From positions 7,130,001 through 7,194,000 of the forward strand of contig OX597827.1 in the NCBI GenBank assembly GCA_951406725.2: a DNA stretch of 64,000 nt. Reading direction: 5' to 3'. The position numbers and the translations under genes are program-made. Shown piece after piece: positions 1 to 11,230 of the stretch. The notes below the pieces were generated by a model, which searched no databases, had not been told where the DNA came from, and saw only the letters and a program-made list of their open reading frames with translations. Positions within the stretch are counted from its first letter, which is position 1. The number at the start of each line of letters is the position of its first letter. The DNA is from Octopus vulgaris (lineage: Eukaryota).

Positions 1-395
1 ATCTCGAAGCTACAAGATATTTCATGACTTATTCAATGCAATGAGAATAAGTAATCTTTATATTTGTTAGAGTAATCTGAATGCTAAAAAAACGTAAGTC
101 ATTAATTTTTGATTTTGTCTTTTTTATTTATATATTTTAGTCTGCAGGAAAGACTATGTCCATAACACCTTCTCTCCATTCACCCTTTCTGAGATAGGTA
201 GAAGAGAAAGAGAGAAAGAGAGGGAGAGAGAGAGAGGGAGAGAGAGAGAGAGGAGAGAGGAACTGACTCTCAGCCTGGAGATCTGGTCTGAGTGCTTGTA
301 ACAGAGTGGGTTCTGCTAAAGACATTCTGATCGGGCAAACTTGTGATTGTAGACTGATTTGGCTGCTATTTCTGTTAGCAGAACTGAAAGAGTAT

Positions 396-1032
396 TATGT
401 TTGTTCCTTCTCAAGCCACGCCTGGCTCATAAGGGCTGGTTTCTCAGTTTGCTTGGATGGGACACTGGTCTGTCACAGGTGGGCTGCAAGATGCAGGAGG
501 AAAGTGTGAGAGAAAGTTGTGGCGAAAGAGTCAGCAGAAGTTTGCCATTACCTTCTGCTGGAGTCATATGGAGCTTAGGTCGTAGGATCGCGGTTTCGAT
601 TCCCAGACCGGGCATTGTGAGTGTTTATTGAGCGAAAACACCTAAAGCTTCCCGAGGCTCCTGCAGGGGGTGGTGGTGAACCCTGCTGTACTCTTTCACC
701 ACAACTTTCTCTCACTCTTACTTCCTGTTTCTGTTGTACCTGTATTTCAAAGGGCCAGCCTTGTCACACTCTGTGTCATGCTGAATTTCCTCGAGAACTA
801 CATTAAGGGTACACGTGTCTGTGGAGTGCTCAGCCACTTGCACGTTAATTCCACGAGCAAGCTGTTCCGTTGATCGTATCAGCTGGGATCCTCATTGTCG
901 TAACTGACGGAGAGCTCCTACAAAATGGAGCTTAGGTATTTCGCTCATAAACACACATCACCTGGTCTGAGATTCAAACCTGCAATCCCTCGACCGTGTG
1001 TCCGCTGCTCTAACCACTAGGCCATGTGCCTC
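396..1032 (-). mobile_element. tRNA-derived SINE (head H1, tail T2) interrupted by an antiparallel SINE
   Basis: The minus-strand head at 1032-938 has an A box (TGGCCTAGTGG) and a B-box-like GGTTTGAATCT. The body resumes at 567-396. Confidence 0.7.
581..924 (+). mobile_element. 5'-truncated tRNA-derived SINE (H1+T1) with a 13-bp TSD
   Basis: Matches the copies at 10853-11230 and 19986-20352. TSD ATGGAGCTTAGGT at 568-580 and 925-937. Confidence 0.85.
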
Positions 1033-1419
1033 TACAACAGGGTGTTACCCATGTCTGTAACTGCTCGTGGTTACATTGGTACCTGATATAACTAGAGTGC
1101 ACTAAGATAGTATGCTGGCAGAATCGTTACAGCGCTAGACAAAATGCTTTGTGGCATTTCTTCTTACTTTACAAGTGTCACTAGGATCGAGTTTGCCTCT
1201 CATAATTTGAGAGTCGATAAAAAAGTACCAGCTGAGCACTGGGGTCAAGGCAATCGATTTACTCCTCCCCCAAAATTGATGGCCTTCTGTCAAAATCTGA
1301 ACACCAGTATAACTAGAGTGCTTAGTGCTTGCTTTCAAGTCATACTTGGCTGTAATGATATCATATCTTTCCAGTTATTTGCACAATATTTTATGTACTT
1401 TGTATTATTTCCTCAAATC

Positions 1420-1780
1420 ATTGTAACATGAAAGAGAATGCAATAATGGGCAGGTAACTCATTGTTTGGAGTGCTAAACTGTCATAGACAAAAGATTCCC
1501 AAGGATTCCCCATTCACTTTGGTTTCTCTTGTTAAATCAAATCCTGTGTGTACAGTTAAAGCATTTCCGTAGACTCTGTTTGAATTTTTAGTCTTTTGGC
1601 AAATTTTCTACTGACTCCAGTCTCATATCTGGCATTGGTGAATATATTCCAGTCATTCTATTCCCACTGAATAAAGCAGGTAAGGGCAACCTTTCTCATG
1701 CAGCCCGCTGCCTGAGACTTGACCCATCATCAGGCAGGCTGCACAACCAAAAAATTTAAGGTAATTTTTCCTTATGCATG
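1420..1780 (-). pseudogene. Probable decayed terminal cytoplasmic exon of protocadherin gene A
   Basis: Collinear peptide remnants match the gene B terminal exon (RMTGIYSPMPD vs RMDEIEPELPE; QSLRK vs QSLNK; FDL vs IDL; NPW vs KPW; ELPA vs PLPA) but are broken by an in-frame TAA and frameshifts. Candidate acceptors at 1781, 1739 and 1667 all lead, in phase 1, to TGA at 1655-1653. Confidence 0.45.
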
Positions 1781-1866
1781 CTACCCAGAAAGTCCCATGA
1801 AAAAAAGAAACAAACAAAAAAGAAAAGAAACAAAAAAGACCCTTGGTATATGGCTACAGTCTAATG

Positions 1867-2086
1867 CAGTGCTTTTCAACCTTTTTACTGGAGCGGAACC
1901 CCAAGAAAACATTTCACTGGCTCGAGGAACCCCTGTGCAATAATTTAATTGTCTTATGCACACATATCTGCACAGGAGAATTAAAAATTACTGTCGATTT
2001 TTAGCATTTTTTAAACTTCTTGCGGAACCCCTGGATTGTACTGGCAGAACCCTAAGGTTCCGCGGAACCCTGGTTGAAAACCACTG
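1867..2086. mobile_element. hAT (Charlie-like) MITE
   Basis: TIRs CAGTGCTTTTCAACC / GGTTGAAAACCACTG, with a perfect 8-bp TSD GTCTAATG at 1859-1866 and 2087-2094. Confidence 0.9.
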
Positions 2087-2207
2087 GTCTAATGACCATA
2101 ACAAGTAAAAAATAAAAGATACAAATAATTTCACTTTCATCCACACTTAAACCACTAAAGGAATAAATTGCACCTGTACTAAGATTAAATTAATACCTGA
2201 AATTTAA

Positions 2208-2425
2208 CCCTTTAGCATTCAGATTGCTCTTTCAAATGTAATGCTTATTTATTCACTGTTTTGAATTAATAATGCATTATCTCATAGCTTTGAGATTTTG
2301 ATGATGTGATTGTTCATTTTTAGAATGATATTGTAGGATAGGTGTAAAAGGCCAGATCTGGCCAGTTTGAACATAAAACAGCTAGAATATTTTGGCCAAA
2401 TATGGCTAGTTTACACACTAAAAGG
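2208..2425. mobile_element. piggyBac-type MITE family P1, copy 1
   Basis: TTAA|CCCTTTAG ... CTAAAAGG|TTAA. Homologous to 47101-47320. Confidence 0.8.
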
Positions 2426-2687
2426 TTAACGTGTATCGATATAATGATATTAATATGCAAGATGAATTCTCCTAATGACACAGTATGGCAGTAATCAGTA
2501 TATTGTGGCTGCAGTTTGCTCATACCTGTCCATTCCAGACCTTCTGAGACTAATGAGGTTGATGCATTGTGAGATTCATGATGTGTTACTTTGGTTAAAT
2601 ATAAACATATATATCTTGTTTAATTCTAGACTAGCTACTAATGAAACTTAATTCAATTCGAGTGAGTTTCTTGATAATAATATGTTA

Positions 2688-2990
2688 TCATCATCATCAT
2701 CATCGTTTAACGTCCATTCTCCATGCTAGCATGGGATGGACGGTTCGACCGGGGATCTGGGAAGCCAGAAGGCTGCACCAGACTCCAGTCTGATCTGGCA
2801 GTGTTTCTATGGCTGGATGCCCTTCCTAACGCCAACTACTCCGTGAGTGTAGTGGGTGCTTTTTACGTGCCACCTGCACAGGTGCCAAGGGAGGCTAGCA
2901 ACGGCCATGATCAGTTGGTGCTTTTTATGTGCCACCAGCACAGAAGCCAGTCGAGGCAACGCTGGCATCGGCCACGATTCGGATAGCGCT
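2688..2990 (-). mobile_element. RTE LINE 3' end fragment with (ATG)n tail
   Basis: Contains the TTAGGAAGGGCATCCAGC...CCATGCTAGCATGG...GATGATGAT tail that follows RTE coding sequence at 46330-47000. Other copies at 5447-5635, 5950-6306, 11425-11757, 19365-19720, 28405-28723, 31130-31370 and 58370-58610. Confidence 0.75.
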
Positions 2991-3047
2991 TTGTACATAA
3001 AAATGATATTTCTTGATGGACAACACAAAGAGACTGGAATACCTTAC

Positions 3048-3207
3048 CTGGTAACTTCTCACAGAGAACTGTGTTCCACTCATTGTAACTAGAGTCATGT
3101 GTATCATAAGATCTATTGGGCTTCTCATTTAAAGAATTTGTTGATATAATCATCTCTTCTCTTCCTTGGAAGTCTCTGGGCATTGTCATCGTTTGATGTA
3201 AAGGCAT
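3048..3207 (-). CDS. Protocadherin gene A, second coding exon (cytoplasmic, 160 nt)
   Basis: Acceptor ctctctcttttag|ATG at 3207, donor CCAG|GTAAGG at 3048; phase 0 in, phase 1 out. Encodes MPLHQTMTMPRDFQGREEMIISTNSLNEKPNRSYDTHDSSYNEWNTVLCEKLP. Same length and phases as the paralogous exon at 62630-62789. Confidence 0.85.
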
Positions 3208-3355
3208 CTAAAAGAGAGAGTTGATTACAAAATAAAATTCAGTTAATTATAAAGTGAACTTATCAAAAACAGAATTTTTCTTTCAATAAATGTTACAACT
3301 CATCTTGAAAACCTACAAAATGTGTAATTAAACATGAACATGTCAAAGTAAGATA

Positions 3356-3582
3356 CTCTCTCTTTTACTCTTTTTACTCTTTTACTTGTTTCAGTCATTT
3401 GACTGCGGCCATGCTGGAGCACCGCCTTTAGTCGAGCAACTCGACCCCGGGACTTATTCTTTGTAAGCCCTAGTACTTATTCTATAGGTCTCTTTTGCCG
3501 AACCGCTAAGTAACGGGGACATAAACACACCAGCATCGGTTATCAAGCAATGCTAGGGGGACAAACACAGACACACAAACAT

Positions 3583-3615
<33 letters not shown>

Positions 3616-3781
3616 CGACGGGCTTCTTTCAGTTTCCGCCTACCAAATCCACTCACAAGGCTTTGGTCGGCCCGAGGCTATAGTAGAAGACACTTGCCCA
3701 AGGTGCCATGCAGTGGGACTGAATTCCGGAACCATGTGGCTGGTAAACAAGCTACTTACTACACAGCCACTCCTGCACCTA
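3356..3781 (-). mobile_element. tRNA-derived SINE family A, full length
   Basis: Head GGTGCAGGAGTGGCTGTGT... with CCTTGGGCAAGT, an internal (TA)/(TG) microsatellite and a (GTAAAAGA)n tail. Many near-identical copies in the window. Confidence 0.88.
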
Positions 3782-3799
3782 TGTTTGTTCTGTTTCAGC

Positions 3800-4272
3800 A
3801 CTTTTACATCCGTTGTTGTTCAATTCTTGCGTCTGTCCTCACTTAGGCTCATGAAAGCTGGATAATGACTGAAAGAGTACGATCATAGATACAAATAGCT
3901 GAAATGGGGGTTTCTCCAAAGGATCTCTGGAGTAACATTACTTGAGAAAGTTCAAAGTTTGGAGATCAGGAATTCTATCCAGGCCGAGTCTCTACTTCTC
4001 CACATTAAGGTCACAACCCCAAGACTACTGACATATGATTAGAATGTTGCAAGAAAGACTCGCAAGACAGATTCTTTAAACCATCATCAACCAGCAGAAG
4101 ACCAAGTGGTAGACCAAGAATGAAATGGTTGAATAATATCCATAGTCTTGGTTGGAAGAAAGAAATTTTAATGATGATTGCTACAGACTGGAGCCTGTGG
4201 AAAAAAAAAATAACTGAGAAATCTAACTCCATGTCTCTCCCAAGAATAACGGGCTGTAAAAATGGATGGATT
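3800..4272 (+). mobile_element. Decayed Rex3/Expander-like RTE LINE 3' fragment
   Basis: Disrupted translation VLT*AHESWIMTERVRS*IQIAEMG / FLQRISGVTLLEKVQSLEIRNSIQAESLLLHI ... RRPSGRPRMKWLNNI, ending in AAAATGGATGGA. Confidence 0.75.
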
Positions 4273-4923
4273 CAACTACTTTTTCCATGCTGGGATAAGC
4301 TGGGAGAGATTTCTAGAAGCAGTTTTCCATGGCTAGACACCCTTCTTGGTATCAGCTCTTCTTTGAAAAGTAATGTACTATATTTCACTACACACATGCA
4401 TATGCACATTCACACCGACACACACACACACACACCGACACACACACACACACACACACACACACCGACACACACACACTGATGATAAATTCCTGGCAGT
4501 TTCTATTTATTAAATTTCATTTCCAAAGTGTTGATCAATTAAGGCAGGAAAAGATACCTTCCCCAAAGTGTCCTACAGTGGAACCAAGCCCTTAAGTGGA
4601 TGGGAAGCAAACTTCTTAAACATACAGTAATGCCTGTATTTCTCATTAAGCTTGCTATTTTGTGTCTTTGCTTCAGTCAATTATATACAATCCACACATA
4701 TCCAAGGATCATGTTTTTACATAAATAAATATCTTTGAAAGAAAAACTGAATTCATTCACATAATTTATTCGTAAAATTGTCCTTGAATATGTTTATCTC
4801 ATTTGCCATGTATTGCATGTATTTTGTTAAGAAGTCATTCCAAAAGAAAGAATTGCTTTTCCCATTATCACTTAAGAAAATATAATATGCTGGTGTGTCT
4901 CAGGCGACACGGTTAGAGTATAT

Positions 4924-5154
4924 ATTTCTTTATTGCCCACAAGGGGCTAAACATAGAGGGGACAAACAAGGACAGACAAAGAGATTAAGTCAATTACATC
5001 GACCCCAGTGCGTAACTGGTACTTTATTTATCGACCCTGAAAGGATGAAAAAGCAAAGCCGACCTTGGCGGAATTTGAACTCAGAACGTAGCGGCAGACG
5101 AAATACTGCTAAGCATTTCGCCTGGCGTGCTAGCGTTTCTGCCACCTCGCCACC
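4924..5154 (-). mobile_element. SINE family D (Nin/Deu-domain-like)
   Basis: Contains TTTCATCCTTTCRGGGTCGATAAA...GTACCAG on the minus strand. Other copies at 18318-18531, 38813-39043, 45922-46330, 51255-51470 and 60173-60765. Confidence 0.8.
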
Positions 5155-6389
5155 TTATACACGGTCAGAGTAGAGTATAGTAAGACAACAGGGTAATGTC
5201 ATTAGTAGGAGAGGTTAGGAAGGTAAAGGAGAAAGGGGAAATACTGATACTGAATAAATTAAGAGAACTTAAAAGAAGTTAGAAATGAGACAATAAAATA
5301 TAGGCTTGGCTGTGTGGTTAAGGAGCTTGTATTGCAACAACATAGTTCTGGGTTCAGTCCTGCTGTGCGGCACCTTGGGCATGTGTCTTCTACTATAGCT
5401 CCAAGCTGACCAATACCTTGTTTGTGAATTTGGTAAGCAAAAGCAGTCATCATCATCAACATCATCATCGTTTATACGTCCGCTTTCCATGCTGGCATGG
5501 GTTGGACGATTTTGACTGAGGACTGGCGAACCACATGGCTGCACCAGGCTCCAATCTTGATCTGGCAGAGTTTCTACAGCTGGATGCCCTTCCTAACGCC
5601 AACCACTCAGAGAGTGTAGTGGGTGCTTTTTACTGGCAACGACCTCGCTTGAATCCTTTTACACATGCCACCAGGACAGGTGCCACCAGTAAGGCGACAA
5701 TTAAAAAAAACATGTAGTAAATAAGCAAATGAACATATACTAAATACACATGCAAAACAGAAGGTCACCAACACTTCATCAGTTGTCAGCCAGAGGGTCA
5801 AGCGCAAATTCAGCCATTACTGATAATATTGGTTCCGCTCTGGAGGCACTGGCAAGAAACTTACCAGGAATGGGACCAAAACATAACAAAATGAGACAGG
5901 CTCGAGATGAGACCATTAGTTATGTAATGCACACACTCATTAATTTTGTATCATCATCATCATCATCATCATCATTTAGCGTCCACTTTCCATGCTGGCA
6001 TGGGTTGGACGGTGCAATTGGGGTCTGGGAAGCCAGAAGGCTGCACCAGGCCAAGTCTGATCTGGCAATGTTTCTACAGCTGGATGCCCTTCCTAACACC
6101 AACCACTCTGTGAGTGTAGTGGGTGCTTTTTACGTGCCACCAGCACAGGTGCCAGACGAGGCTGGCAAACGGCCATGGTCGGATGGTGCTTTTTATGTGC
6201 CACCGGCATGGGGGCCATGCGAGGCTGGCAAACGGCCACGATCAGATGGTGCTTTTTACGTGCCGCCGGCACGGAAGCCAGTCGGGGCGGCGCTGGCAAC
6301 GGCCACATATATGGCCAACCAAAGTCTTGTGAAAGGATCTGGCAGACAGAAACTGGAAGAAGCCCATTGTGCACATGTGAGTGTGTTTA

Positions 6390-6443
<54 letters not shown>

Positions 6444-6740
6444 TTTGTGTTTATTGTCCAGTATCATTTGACAACTGGTGTATGTTTTCTTGCACCTTCA
6501 TAACTTAGCATTTTGGCAAAAGAGACCAATAGAATAAGTACCAGAATTTTAAAAATAAGTACTAGCACCAATTTGTTGAGCAAAAACATTCAAGGCCATG
6601 CCCCAGCAAGGCCAGTGTCTAAACAATTAAAACAATTAAAAAAAAAATAAAGGAAACCTTATTTTAAACTCTGAAATTTCAAAAATGCCAGACACGGTTC
6701 AGATGTTACAAAATCCATCAGTGTTAGAAAAATGACTTAC

Positions 6741-9134
6741 CTGAGTGGTTCCATGGCAGATGTTATGTCGATTGAAAGGTAATGTAGAACATTTCTGTGT
6801 TGATTGAGGGTAAAGCTCCTTTCTCGATATTGTCGCCTGAGAAACTGCAGGATTAATTCCTGGGTGTGTTGTTAATATAACTTCTTGACTGTCACTTTGG
6901 GGAGGCATTGGGTTACATCTATACTCAGACTGTCTTCTTTCATTTGGAAATTTCTGACCTTGTTCGCGCCTTTCACAGTAAAGGATTTCCCTCCGATGGT
7001 TCCTCCTCACAATGCACACTGTGATGGAGACCACAATAGTTATAGATACAATAACTGCTGCCACTAGTATAATAACCATCACATTGATAGGTATTTCTCT
7101 GGTTGACAGTTTGTGAAGACTTGTTGAAAATTTGGAAGTACTATTGCTGACTGTCAGTTTCAAAGTTAATGAAGTTGTTGTCGACAAAACTGGAGTGCCA
7201 CTATCTTTAACAGACAAATTCAGTTTATAGAAACCAGCATCAACTTTGTAAACAGAGCGAGAAAAAGACATGACCCCAGAATACAAGTCAAGGGAAAATA
7301 ATTTCTTGTCATTGCCACCAAGTATTTCATATTGAAGGAAAGAATTCAATTGACTATCTCTGTCGTATGCTCTGAGGGTTGTGATGGCTTTTTGTCTCTG
7401 AGGATGGTAATGGACTTTAAGGTGGAATGGATCAACTCCAGGAAAAGTGAAATATGGAACATTATCATTTTTATCCATAATTTCAACAATGACATTTGCT
7501 GTATTTTTCAATGAGGGTGTTCCATTGTCTTTGACCACAACCACCAATCTGTATCTGTCTTGTTTCTCTCGATCCAGTGACTGTGTTGTTGTGATATATC
7601 CGAAGTGGGAAATTTTAAAAGGAAGTAAATTTTCAGTAGAATTCATGAGATAATAGGTCAGTTGACCTCCTGCACCCAGATCTGGATCAGTGGCATTGAT
7701 TAGACCAATTGGAAAGTCTGGTTCTCCATTTTCATATGTAAAAAATTGAAAACTTTCCTGACTGAACTGAGGTTTTACATCGTTGATATCTGTCACTTGT
7801 ATAGAAATTTTTCTAACAGCTGTCTTTGGAGGAGTGCCTCTGTCTTGACAAGATATGTTAAAATCAATGTAGCTGTTTGCTTCCCTGTCTATGGCATTCT
7901 TTACAACTATTTTATATTTCTTGTCATCCAGTGGCTGAAGAATAAATTTATCATGTTCCAGTTGACAACTTACTTGCCCATTGCTTCCAATATCATTGTC
8001 AATGACCTTCACATATGCTACAAAACTACCAATATCAACATCTTCAGAAATGCTGGCCGTGTCTTCATTTGTCTGTGAAAAGAAGTTGAGTTCTATACTT
8101 GGGCTCGAGTTATCCTGATTTTCAATGTTGATTTGTAGAATGGCTGTTGAACTCATTGATGGACTGCCACCATCTCTGGCATCAATATACAACAAATATT
8201 TGTGTTTCTTATTAAATGAGATATTATTTGACAAGAATACTTCTCCTGTTGTCATGTTTACTTTGAAATGTAATTTGGCCAACGGTATGGTTTTGGGATG
8301 GAAATGGTAAGAGACTTTTCCATTTCTTCCAGCATCAATATCACTTGCTTGTAACCTAACAATGGGTTTGTCTGTTTGGTGTGTATTGTTTAGTGAAATA
8401 TTATAGGTATTTTGAGCAAATATTGGTGCATTATCATTTTCATCTGTGACAATTATCTCAATATTTAAAACACCTACTTTTGGTGGAGTGCCTCCGTCTT
8501 TAGCAATTACTTGTACAAAGTAAGTGTCTTTCACTTCTCGATCTAATTCTTCCATTAGAATGACAGCAAGCCTAGAATTCCCACCATGTTCTTCAGAAAC
8601 CGATAGCTGGAAAGGTTCTTTGAAATTTTCTTTGAATTCATAACTAATCAAAGAATTCTGTTCACTGATATCTCTGTCTCTAGCAGCTGGGACTGGTATT
8701 TTTGCTCCTTCACTCTCTCTTTCGGAGAATTGAAGACTAATATGTTTGGAAGGAAACGTTGGTGCATTATCATTCACATCATTTATCGTAATCTTTACGT
8801 CTAAGATTTTAATAAATGATTTCTTATTCCGGACAGCAACTTCTAATGTTCTGTAACACTCAAGTTGATATAAACACAAGGATTCAGCGTCCAGGGGCTG
8901 AGCAGTGTAAAGTTTCCCTTCTTTGGTCACAATGAATAAATCAGAATTTTCTTTGTTTTTCAAAATAATGAATGTTAGTGCCTCTGATGTGGTACTCCAG
9001 AGTGACTTTGAGGCATCGGCTGCAATATCCCCGATAAAAATGTTGGATGTTTCGTGTTCATCAGTATTGTAGACTATATCAAAACCAACAGCTGCAGAAA
9101 TCCATGATAATAGCAAACACACTCGTGCAAACAT
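6741..9134 (-). CDS. PCDH: Protocadherin gene A, main coding exon (signal peptide, 6 cadherin repeats, TM, start of cytoplasmic tail; 798 codons)
   Basis: The 811-aa ORF 6699..9134 has a signal peptide (MFARVCLLLSWISAAVG), the EC1 C-X5-C motif (LDAESLCLYQLEC), cadherin motifs (DVNDNAP, LDRE, DENDNAP, DINDVKP, DKNDNVP, AxDxG) and a TM (INVMVIILVAAVIVSITIVVSITVCIV). A strong donor CAG|GTAAGT ends the exon at 6741 (phase 0, after Q798). Upstream acceptor tttttttttatcttcag|G puts the exon start at 9201. Symbol is family-level only. Confidence 0.96.
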
Positions 9135-9632
9135 TCTTCAGTTGAGCAAATTCCAAAATAATTAAAACGGTTTCCAGTTTTAGGAATCTCTGTTGGTGAT
9201 CCTGAAGATAAAAAAAAATATGTTTAAATTGAAAATTCAACTTTACATACCTTCAGTAAAAGTAAAACGTGTTAACAGATTTATCAAAGAACTTGTAAAT
9301 TATGATTAAACTTTTCATTTCTGGAGTAAAGCCCTCGTATCCAGCAGAACCCTGCCGCCTCCATCAAATAAATGTAGAATAAAAGAATAGTAGAAGCTTA
9401 GCATTTAAAATATAATTGTTACTGTTGTTATGGTTTTCATTGCCATCATCATCATCATCATCATTGTTGTCATCACCATCGTCGTCGTCGTCATTGTCAT
9501 CGTCATCATCGTCATCATCATCATCATCTTCACAAAATTTTTGTCTATCCCATTCTGATTTGAGTTGAATAGGTCAGCTGCACTATATATATTTACACAC
9601 ACATACACACTATATATATATATATATGTATA

Positions 9633-9930
9633 TATATTGTATAAAGGATCGTGGGTAAGGCCAACACAATGCAAAGCAAATGCAAGGTAAATCACAAGAA
9701 AACAAATATGTGTATTAATGTAGACTTACCTTGTATTCAATATTTCGGGGTTATGACTCCATTTGCAAGAAATTGAGTCTACTGAGTTAATTTCTTGAAA
9801 ATGGGGTCATAACCCCAAAATATTGAATAGAAGGTAAGTCTACATTAATTCACATATTTGTTTTCTTGTGATTTACCTTGCATTTGCTTTGCATTGTGTT
9901 GGCCTTACCCACGATCCTTTATACAATATA
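9633..9930. repeat. Near-perfect 142-bp inverted repeat with a 14-nt spacer
   Basis: 9633-9774 pairs with 9789-9930, with about 5 mismatches counted by eye. Confidence 0.95.
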
Positions 9931-9984
9931 CTCTACACAATGCTTCATAGTAGTTATTCCATTATAATATATATATATATACGT

Positions 9985-10303
9985 GAGGGCGCGTGGCTTA
10001 GTGGGTAGGGCATTCGGCTCATGGTCGTAAGGTTGTGAGTTCGATTCCCGGCGACGCGTTGTGTCCTTGAGCAAGACACTTTATTTCACGTTGCTCCAGT
10101 CCACTCAGCTGGCAAAAATGAGTTGTACTTGTATTTCAAAGGGTCAGCCTTGTCACTCTCTGTGTCACGCTGATTATCCCCGAGAACTACGTTATGGGTA
10201 CACGTGTCTGTGGAATGCTCAGCCATTTGCACGTTAATTTCACGAGCAAGCTGTTCCGTTGATCGTATCAGCTGGGACCCTCGTCGTCGTAACCGGCGGA
10301 GTC
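9985..10303 (+). mobile_element. tRNA-derived SINE (head H2 + tail T1)
   Basis: A box TGGCTTAGTGG, B box GAGTTCGATTCCC and body GTGTCCTTGAGCAAGACACT, followed by the same 3' tail as the H1+T1 SINEs. Confidence 0.85.
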
Positions 10304-10852
10304 TTTAAATATATATATACACACACACACACACATATGTATATATATACAAACATATATATACAGGCTGTGTGCTTAAGAAGTTTGCCAAGTGGTTCCT
10401 GTTCAGTCTCACTTTGAAGCTACTGGAATGAGATCTTTTACCTTAGACTAACCAAATTCTTTTGAATGAATTTGGTAAACTGAACGCACACACACATACC
10501 ACATACACATGCCACACACACACGTGCATATGCATGTCCATATATGTATGTACAAATATATGTATATAATCAATTTACGTTCATTTTTCTATGTTTGCAT
10601 GAGTTAGATGAGTCTTCTCCAGCATAGTGTCTCACCTCTTGGTGCAGACACTCGTCATTTCTGAAATCATTTCTTCTCCTGGCATCCTTCATCTTCCTCT
10701 TTCACAAATTCCTTCTATTTGGATCTCTCGTACCATCTTTAGCTAAATGTCATTCACCATATATATATCATAAATCCAACTCCATGCCAGCACAACTTTC
10801 TGTTTGGCACCCAAAACCTGATTCCACTTATACCCACAATATATACTTGGAA

Positions 10853-11230
10853 GCACTCCGTCGGTTCCAACGATGAGGGTTCTGGTTGATCCGAATCAAC
10901 GGAACAGCCTGCTCGTGAAATTAACATGTAAGTGGCTGAGCACTCCACAGACACGTGTACCCTTAATGTAGTTCTCGGGGATATTCAGCGTGACACAGAG
11001 AGTGACAAGGCCGGCCCTTTGAAATACAGGTACAACAGAAACAGGAAGTGAGAGTGAGAGAAAGTTGTGCTGAAAGAGTACAGCAGGGATCACCACCACC
11101 CTCTGCCGGAGCCTCATGGAGCTTTAGGTGTTTTCGCTCAATAAACACTCACAACGCCCGGTCTGGGAATCGAAACCGTGATCCTATGACCGCGAGTCCG
11201 CTGCCCTAACCACTGGGCCGTTGCGCCTCC
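10853..11230 (-). mobile_element. tRNA-derived SINE (H1+T1), full length
   Basis: Reverse complement of 19986-20352, with a tRNA-like head. Confidence 0.88.

Noticed and set aside
2320-2560. Extra small exon of gene A near CAG|GTATGA at ~2526
   Set aside because: Weak acceptor, no paralogous match near gene B, and the ORF runs into a MITE.
5750-6508. 252-aa ORF, and the 220-aa ORF at 57391-58053
   Set aside because: Chance read-through across RTE tail, SINE and microsatellite sequence, with no protein domain.
6699-6740. Last 13 codons of the 811-aa ORF as the true C-terminus
   Set aside because: A perfect CAG|GTAAGT donor at 6741 and an in-phase downstream exon indicate intron read-through. 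An unspliced isoform cannot be excluded.
9202-9250. Mini-intron using the donor-like AAG|GTATGT at 9251/9250
   Set aside because: It would be only 49 nt, and there is no supporting upstream exon.
9985-10052. tRNA genes at SINE heads (also 19986, 22247, 54620)
   Set aside because: A and B boxes are present, but there is no complete acceptor stem and each runs into a multi-copy SINE body.
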